From NCBI RefSeq assembly GCF_001194135.2, contig NC_069010.1:127654-168877 (forward strand): DNA of 41,224 nt. The letters run 5' to 3'. Position numbers and translations under genes: made by a program. Shown one piece after another: positions 35,294-41,224 of the stretch. The stretch is from Octopus bimaculoides (lineage: Eukaryota). Each line of letters begins with the position of its first letter. The stretch's first letter is position 1. The notes beneath the pieces are model-generated. The model searched no databases. It was not told the origin of the DNA and saw only the letters and a list, made by a program, of their open reading frames with translations.

Positions 35294-36954
35294 GTGAGTA
35301 TAAAAAAAAACAATACCTAATAGATTTCTATAAATATTACTTTCACCTGAGCTGTTTTATTTGTTAAAATCACTGAGAACAGGTTCCATTCCTAATATCT
35401 AGTTGATAGGTTAGCTGTATAATAATTCTGTTAAACATATTGATATCACTGAAATTTCAGAAAATATCCACAGAGCTTAACATGGCTGGTAATAATGGCT
35501 AAACTAGAAAACACAAATAATGTTAGTGTTATCTTTTGGAAGAGAGAACTAAAATATGTTGTTTAAAGGTAGACAGGTGAGTTAATGACAAAGTTTTGGT
35601 TTGCTTTATGTCTTCACTAAGTCTTCTGCTAGGCATGAACATCACAATATTCCATTTCTCCTTTGAAATCCTTTCATTCCCCTTTACATTAGAAATATCA
35701 TTTGGAAAGGCATGAACATCACAACATTCCATTTCTCCTTGTCTGAAAGTGTAACAACATCAGATATCACTTATACAAAGTTCCTATTATTTACAACACT
35801 GTTTTGTACCTCCCCACGGTACCTATTTACATCTAGGTAAACTGTACTAAAGTGAGATGTTTCTACCAGAAACCTAGAGCAGTGCTTGGGACTAGATTTG
35901 AACTGTTGACCTCTGACACAGGGGTCAACATAATATCCTCTCAGTCAGCTGATAGAAAATGATTTATTATCTAAATTAAGAGAAAACATCATCTATGACA
36001 TGGTCAACTTGTTATACCTTTAGGGAATCACACAAAATGTACCAGTCATACACTGGGGTAAAATCGATTCCCTGAAACTAGTGCATTATCATCATCCTCA
36101 TCTTATGCCCATTTTTCTATGTTTGAATGTGTTAGTCAACTTCTCCAACAGCTGGTTTGGTTCTTTGTCCTGTTTGACCTCTATTTTCCTTCCTCTTGGG
36201 ATTTTCTCTCAATTTTTGGTCCAAACTTCATCTTCCACATCCTTTCCATATCTTTATCACTGTCGTCAATTTCCTGCAGGATAAGTTTAGTTATCAATTT
36301 GCAGATTTTTTTTTATTCTTCAATAAAATATTTTTTAACTATTAATAGTGAGATATTATGGATATATCTTCCCAGTCAACTTTCCTCATGATGAACTTTC
36401 TTTACAGTAAATTGATGGTTGTGAACTCTCTTGTGATGAATAGATAGCAGTGTACTGACCATAATAATCCCCCATACATCGTTCACCTCATTGTTTCTAT
36501 AATTACTTTACTTTCAGAATAGCTTCCTCTACTTATGATTATATCAGCTAGGTAAAGAAAACTATTGTCAGCTAACTATTCTTGTATATCTGCTACTTTC
36601 AGACTCCTTCCTCTCCATCAACTTGCCTCTAATACTACATCACCTATGGTGTGCACTGAGTACACCAAATAGAACCCTTATTAACCCCGTCTATCTGCTT
36701 GCTTATCAAATACGATAACTTCCCAGATGATGTTGGTGGATGCAGTGATTCCTTCAGGACTTAAGTGTCTGCATGTGTATGGTGTCGATGGTTGTGGTTC
36801 CTGTTTTCTTTTCTGCTAGCTGAAACTCTTCTCTTTGCTAGTTTTACTTTAAAAGCTCTCCATTATCGACTTCTCTCTAAATTGCGGCATTCATCCAGTA
36901 AAAGAAATCCTTATGATGAGTCATGAATCTAGAAGTATGTTCTGTGTACCTGAC

Positions 36955-37115
36955 TCTATTATCTTTTGTACTTTGTGTAGTTGAGATCATTCTGCATTCA
37001 TGTCCATTTGCATATTAATTAGTCCAGGTGTACCTAATATTACTGGTATTGTCTCATATTTCAAACTCCACTTTCTAGCTGTTTCTAAATGTTGATACTT
37101 TATAAGTATTTATTA
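36955..37115 (-). mobile_element. Decayed C-terminal fragment of a restriction-like-endonuclease non-LTR element (R4/Dong-like)
   Basis: Minus strand, across a frameshift and stops: KY..KYQHLETARKWSLKYETIPVILGTPGL...VQKIIESGTQNIL. It resembles the K..KY..L....W....IP(V/I)(I/V)G.LG....QK....GT..IL terminus of such elements (from recall). Confidence 0.45.
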
Positions 37116-37629
37116 GAGGAGGAGAGGCCTCACACTATTTCAGGCATTGCCATGTGATGATACCAAGCAACCGAAATGGAGATCTTCTAAAGGGTCCCTG
37201 AAGTAATGTTACTCAAAAGGATGCACACTGCTCAGAGATCTGGGAGTTTCTCCAGGCTGGGCCACTAAATCTCCACAGCTCTGGTTCTACAGATATCAAA
37301 TAAGAATGTTGCAGGAAAGAACTGCAAAATAGATTCATCAAGTTGAGCCAAGTGGCAGCAGACTTAGGGTTAGACTGCGAACTAGGTGGTTGGATAATAT
37401 CTACAGCCTTAATTGGTCATGGTTGTGAATCTAGCCACCAAGTCTAATGATAGTTGCTTTTGATAGGGCTTTATGTTGGAAGTACCTGAGTACCCACCCA
37501 GGAATAGAAAGCAAAGAAAACAGAACAGGGGCTCAAATAGTAACACTTTTGTCTACACACACACACACACACACACTTTTCCTGCTATCTATTTACCATA
37601 AATTTTCTCAATAATTGTCAGTTACTTTC

Positions 37630-40160
37630 CTTTGTAACTGGTGATTTCAATGAACATGTCGGGCAGCAAGCAGGTGTCTTCCATAGGGTCCATAGGGGCC
37701 ATGGAATTGGTTCCCAAAGTGAGAAAGGAACAAGGTTGTTGGTGTTCTGTGATACAAATGACCAACTGATTTGAAACACCAACTTCAGAAAGCCAGCTAG
37801 TCACCTGAAAACCTATAAATCTGGTGACTATGCTAGCAAGATTGACTACATTCTCATTAGAAAGGTGTAATCATGGTTGCTCATAAATGCAAAGTCCTTC
37901 CCTGGAGGGGATTGTACCCCTCAGCATGGGTTATTTACTAGTGTCTTCAAGTTGGTGGCACAAAGGATTCCAAGAAGCAAGCTAGTTTGGAAAAGAAGGA
38001 TATGGAAGCTTAAGGATTCTTTGAATAGTCAGAGATTTAGAGATGTCATAACTAAAGCATTTGATGAGAAGGAGGAGGGGCTACATCATTGCAAAATAGA
38101 AGATAACTACAGGTTTCTATGAGAGAGTTTACTGCAAGTCACAGACCAAATTTGTAGTTTATGCCAAGTCCAAACCAGGTCTAAAGTGACATGGTGGTGG
38201 AACAGTTAGTTTACAGGGCTATTAGAAACAGGCTTGGAAGGACTGGAAGGATGGTGGCAGCAAAGAGTTATATCAGGCAGCAAGAAGGGAAGCTAAGAAG
38301 CAGGGATACTTAGCCAGAAGGGAAGCAGAAAGGAAGACGTTTGCCAATGTCTTACAAGACAGTATGCCAGGGGAAAATGGTGTGTTGTTGGAGAGAAGTG
38401 TATTTGCATTGACATTGATTCTCTTGCAGTTAGTGACTCTGCAAAGATAGAAGCTTGGAAGTGCCACTATGAAAGGCTACTAAATGTAGAGAATGCATGG
38501 GAGGAGGAGTGTGTGCCTAATGTGGATCCAACAGAAGGACCAGCAATCCGAATAGGTAGTAACATGGTAGCTAAAGCCATGAAGGATATGAAGATCAGCA
38601 AAGACCTTGGCCCATCAGGGATAACCACTGAGATGCTTAAAAATTCTGGCAGTGTGGGTTATGCTCTAGTCACCCATAGTGTAAATCAGGTGGTTCATGA
38701 AGGAGCCATACCCAATGACTGGTGTAGCAGCACCATGGACAACTGCTAGAAAAGCAAAAGTGATGCCTTAGATAGAAATAATTACAGAGGTATCTAATTG
38801 CTGGATCAGGTGATAATAGTTATAGAGAGGATCGTAGCCCAACTAATTAGGGGGAGAGTTAGTCTAGATGTGATGCAGTTTGGTTTTGTGTCAGGGTGAA
38901 CTGCAAGAGAAATACATAACCAAAGAAAAACCTCAATACTTGTCTTTTGCTGAGATGGAGAAAGCCTTCAACAGGGTTCCCCACTCCCTTATCTGGTGAT
39001 CAATGTGGAAGGCATGGATAGAGGAATGGTTGGTGATAGTTGTACAAGCCATGTACAGGAATGCTGTTAATAAGGTGAGGGTTGGCAACGAGTATAGTGA
39101 TGAATTGAGGGAACAAGTAGAAGTTCACTAAGGATTGGTCCTCAGCCCCCATTTGTTCATAATAGTCCTCCAGGTAATATCAGAGGAATTTAAGATAGGC
39201 TGCCCCTAGGAGCTCCTCTATGTTGATGACCTTGTTCTTATAATCATATCATTTCCATAACTAAAGAAATTTCAGGTGTGGAAGCAAGGTATAGAATCAA
39301 GGAGCCTTAGAGTTAATCTAGCAAAAATGAAAGTCTTAGTAAGAAGGAACACAGACAAATCACAAGGCCCTTTATGTAGATGACCCTGCTAGATCTGTAG
39401 AAAAAGCATATGTAGAAACTCCATAGGATGTACCCAATGTTAGCTATGGACACATAAGAGGTGCAGCAATATCAGAGGAGGGTTAACAGGGAAAATAGAT
39501 TTTGTGTGTAGAATGCGCACAGATTCAATAAACTCTAAAAATGTACAGAAAATAGATTCCATCAAATGGCAGGGCAAATGCTTATAAGTAGTGTATAGCT
39601 TCCGTTATCTGGGTGACCAAGTCAGCAGTGGAGGTGGGTGCTCTGAAAATATAGCTGCTCGAATAAGAATAGACTGGGTAGTGTTCAGAGAGCTCCTACC
39701 TCTGTTGGTAACAAAAGGCCTCTCCATCCATGTTAAAAGAAGACTGTATGATGCTTATGTGCAAACGGCCATACTACACAGCAGTGAAACACAGGCTGTG
39801 ACTCCCGAAGACATGTGTAGGCTTGAAAGAAATGAATCTAGTATGCTTTGGTGGATGCACAATGTCAGTATGCATGTACAACAGAGTGGTGTAAGTTGGG
39901 AGTAAGAGGCATCAGATCTGATGTGCAAGAGAGACGAATGCACTGCTATGGTTATGTGCTGCATATGGATGATGGGAGCCGATGTAAAGAAGTGCCTGTT
40001 TCTAAATGTGGAGGAAACCTGTGGATGGAGTTGACCCAAGAAGACATGGCATGATGTGGTGAAGCATGATCTTCAAACATTGGGCCTCACAGTGGCAATA
40101 ATAAGTGATGGATACCTTTGGCAATATGCCATGTTTGAGAAGACCTCTCAAGCCAAGTAA
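37630..40160 (+). mobile_element. 5'-truncated decayed RTE-type LINE (EN end + RT) in the last intron, sense orientation
   Basis: VTGDFNEHVG, NTNFRKPASHLKTYKSG...IDYIL, NYRGI*LLDQV, MQFGFV, EMEKAFNRV, GLVLSPHLFIIVL, LLYVDDLV (39219-39230), FRYLGDQVSSGGGC, WVVFRELLPLL, RLERNESSMLWWM; many stops. Confidence 0.92.
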
Positions 40161-40564
40161 TATGATTGATCTTTGTGTCACGTAACTAGCACATGTGCCA
40201 GTACTTATTACACCCTTGGAGTGGTTGGCATTATGAAGGGCATTCAACTGTAAAAACCATGCCAAATAAAACTGGAACTGGTTTACCAGTTTCAATTAAA
40301 CTGTCTGACCCATGCGGGCCTGGAAAGCAGGCGCTAAATGATGATGATTATCTTTATACCTTATTTCAACTTTGTTATTTTCTAATCAACATTCTTAGAA
40401 AAAGAGAACACTGTCTTATCTTATTCATTTTTCTTTACTATTTTTTTTAAACATTTCTCTATTGATGTAGTTTCTTTGTTATATTTATTAAAACCTGAGG
40501 TTCATATCTTTCATATTATTGTTAATCTCGTTGCAATTATTTTTTCTTCTTGTATCTTTGGCAG

Positions 40565-40773
40565 GTGTGTTCTTAGGAGTGAAATTTATTGAGATAGAAA
40601 TTATCAAGCATGACTTTCCCTTCGACACAATAGAACAGAGCTTCCAGATGCTCCTCAAATGGTATACACATTGTAATCCAGAGGAATGTACATTCAAAAT
40701 ACTCAGAGAAGCCCTTGAAACTGTTGAGTGCTTTGATGCCCTCGGATGCCTATTAGAGGGAATTTCTACGTAA
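40565..40773 (+). CDS. Death domain exon 2 (probable last coding exon)
   Basis: Long pyrimidine tract ending tctttggcag|. Phase 1 gives (G)VFLGVKFIEIEIIKHDFPFDTIEQSFQMLLKWYTHCNPEECTFKILREALETVECFDALGCLLEGIST*. The I..I..D.P....EQ..QML..W...T...L..AL pattern fits Death-domain helices 3-6. A possible donor c|gtaaat at the stop cannot be excluded. Confidence 0.88.
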
Positions 40774-41020
40774 ATGTTGTTGTTTAGTCCCAGGTCAGAG
40801 ATTTATGATCAAATGCATTCCAGCCATAACCACCCTAACTTTATTCTTAATGTAGAGGAGCCAGTAACTCATTGTCCTGTGTATTCTTCTTTCAGGTGAT
40901 AAGGTATGTACTGTGGTCAACTTGGCTTCTACTTCTAGCATATATATCTACTACATAGAGACCGTTTTACTGGTTTGGCTCCCTTTGAAATACAGATAAA
41001 TTTTGAAGATAAACTGTTCA

Positions 41021-41167
41021 TTTGTTGTTGTTGTTGTTGTTGTTGTTGCTGCTGTTGTATGTCTAAGCACCTCCCTAAACACTTCTATTGTTATAAAACA
41101 GTTTTAATATCATCCGGTATATTCATAGTTATCTCCCTTCATTTATAGCCTAGAGTAGAATGTCTGC

Positions 41168-41224
<57 letters not shown>
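41021..41224. repeat. (TTG)n at ~41021-41055 and (TA)n(GT)n at ~41168-41224 microsatellites
   Basis: Direct. Confidence 0.95.

Overview
AT-rich, N-gapped eukaryotic genomic DNA. The interspersed repeats resemble octopus (coleoid cephalopod) SINEs and LINEs; the organism is my inference from recalled repeat families. There are no prokaryotic genes, RNA genes or CRISPR arrays. The window holds the 3' part of one spliced plus-strand gene: a RING-HC (C3HC4, IAP/Mind-bomb-like spacing) exon, 72-nt linker exon(s), and a C-terminal Death domain split over two exons (35222-35293 and 40565-40773). An internal duplication of about 11 kb (copy A 1..~11300, copy B ~22728..~34110, roughly 90% identical) doubled the RING and linker exons. 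Three observations stand out. (1) All 26 exonic substitutions between the two copies change the amino acid or create a stop; none is synonymous. (2) The linker exons sit in introns homologous to those around Death-domain exon 1, although the exon sequences have diverged almost beyond recognition. (3) The second RING exon carries an in-frame TAA and cannot be spliced in frame after linker exon A. The introns are filled with decayed mobile elements: a Gypsy pol fragment, two RTE-type LINEs, CR1-type LINEs, a mariner, old and young Helitrons, and SINEs. A 57-bp minisatellite with about ten times more units in copy B than in copy A explains the 731-aa ORF. An inverted-repeat element carries an exact 256-bp copy of the neighbouring LINE. 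All alignments and counts were done by hand, and element boundaries are approximate unless a junction is quoted.
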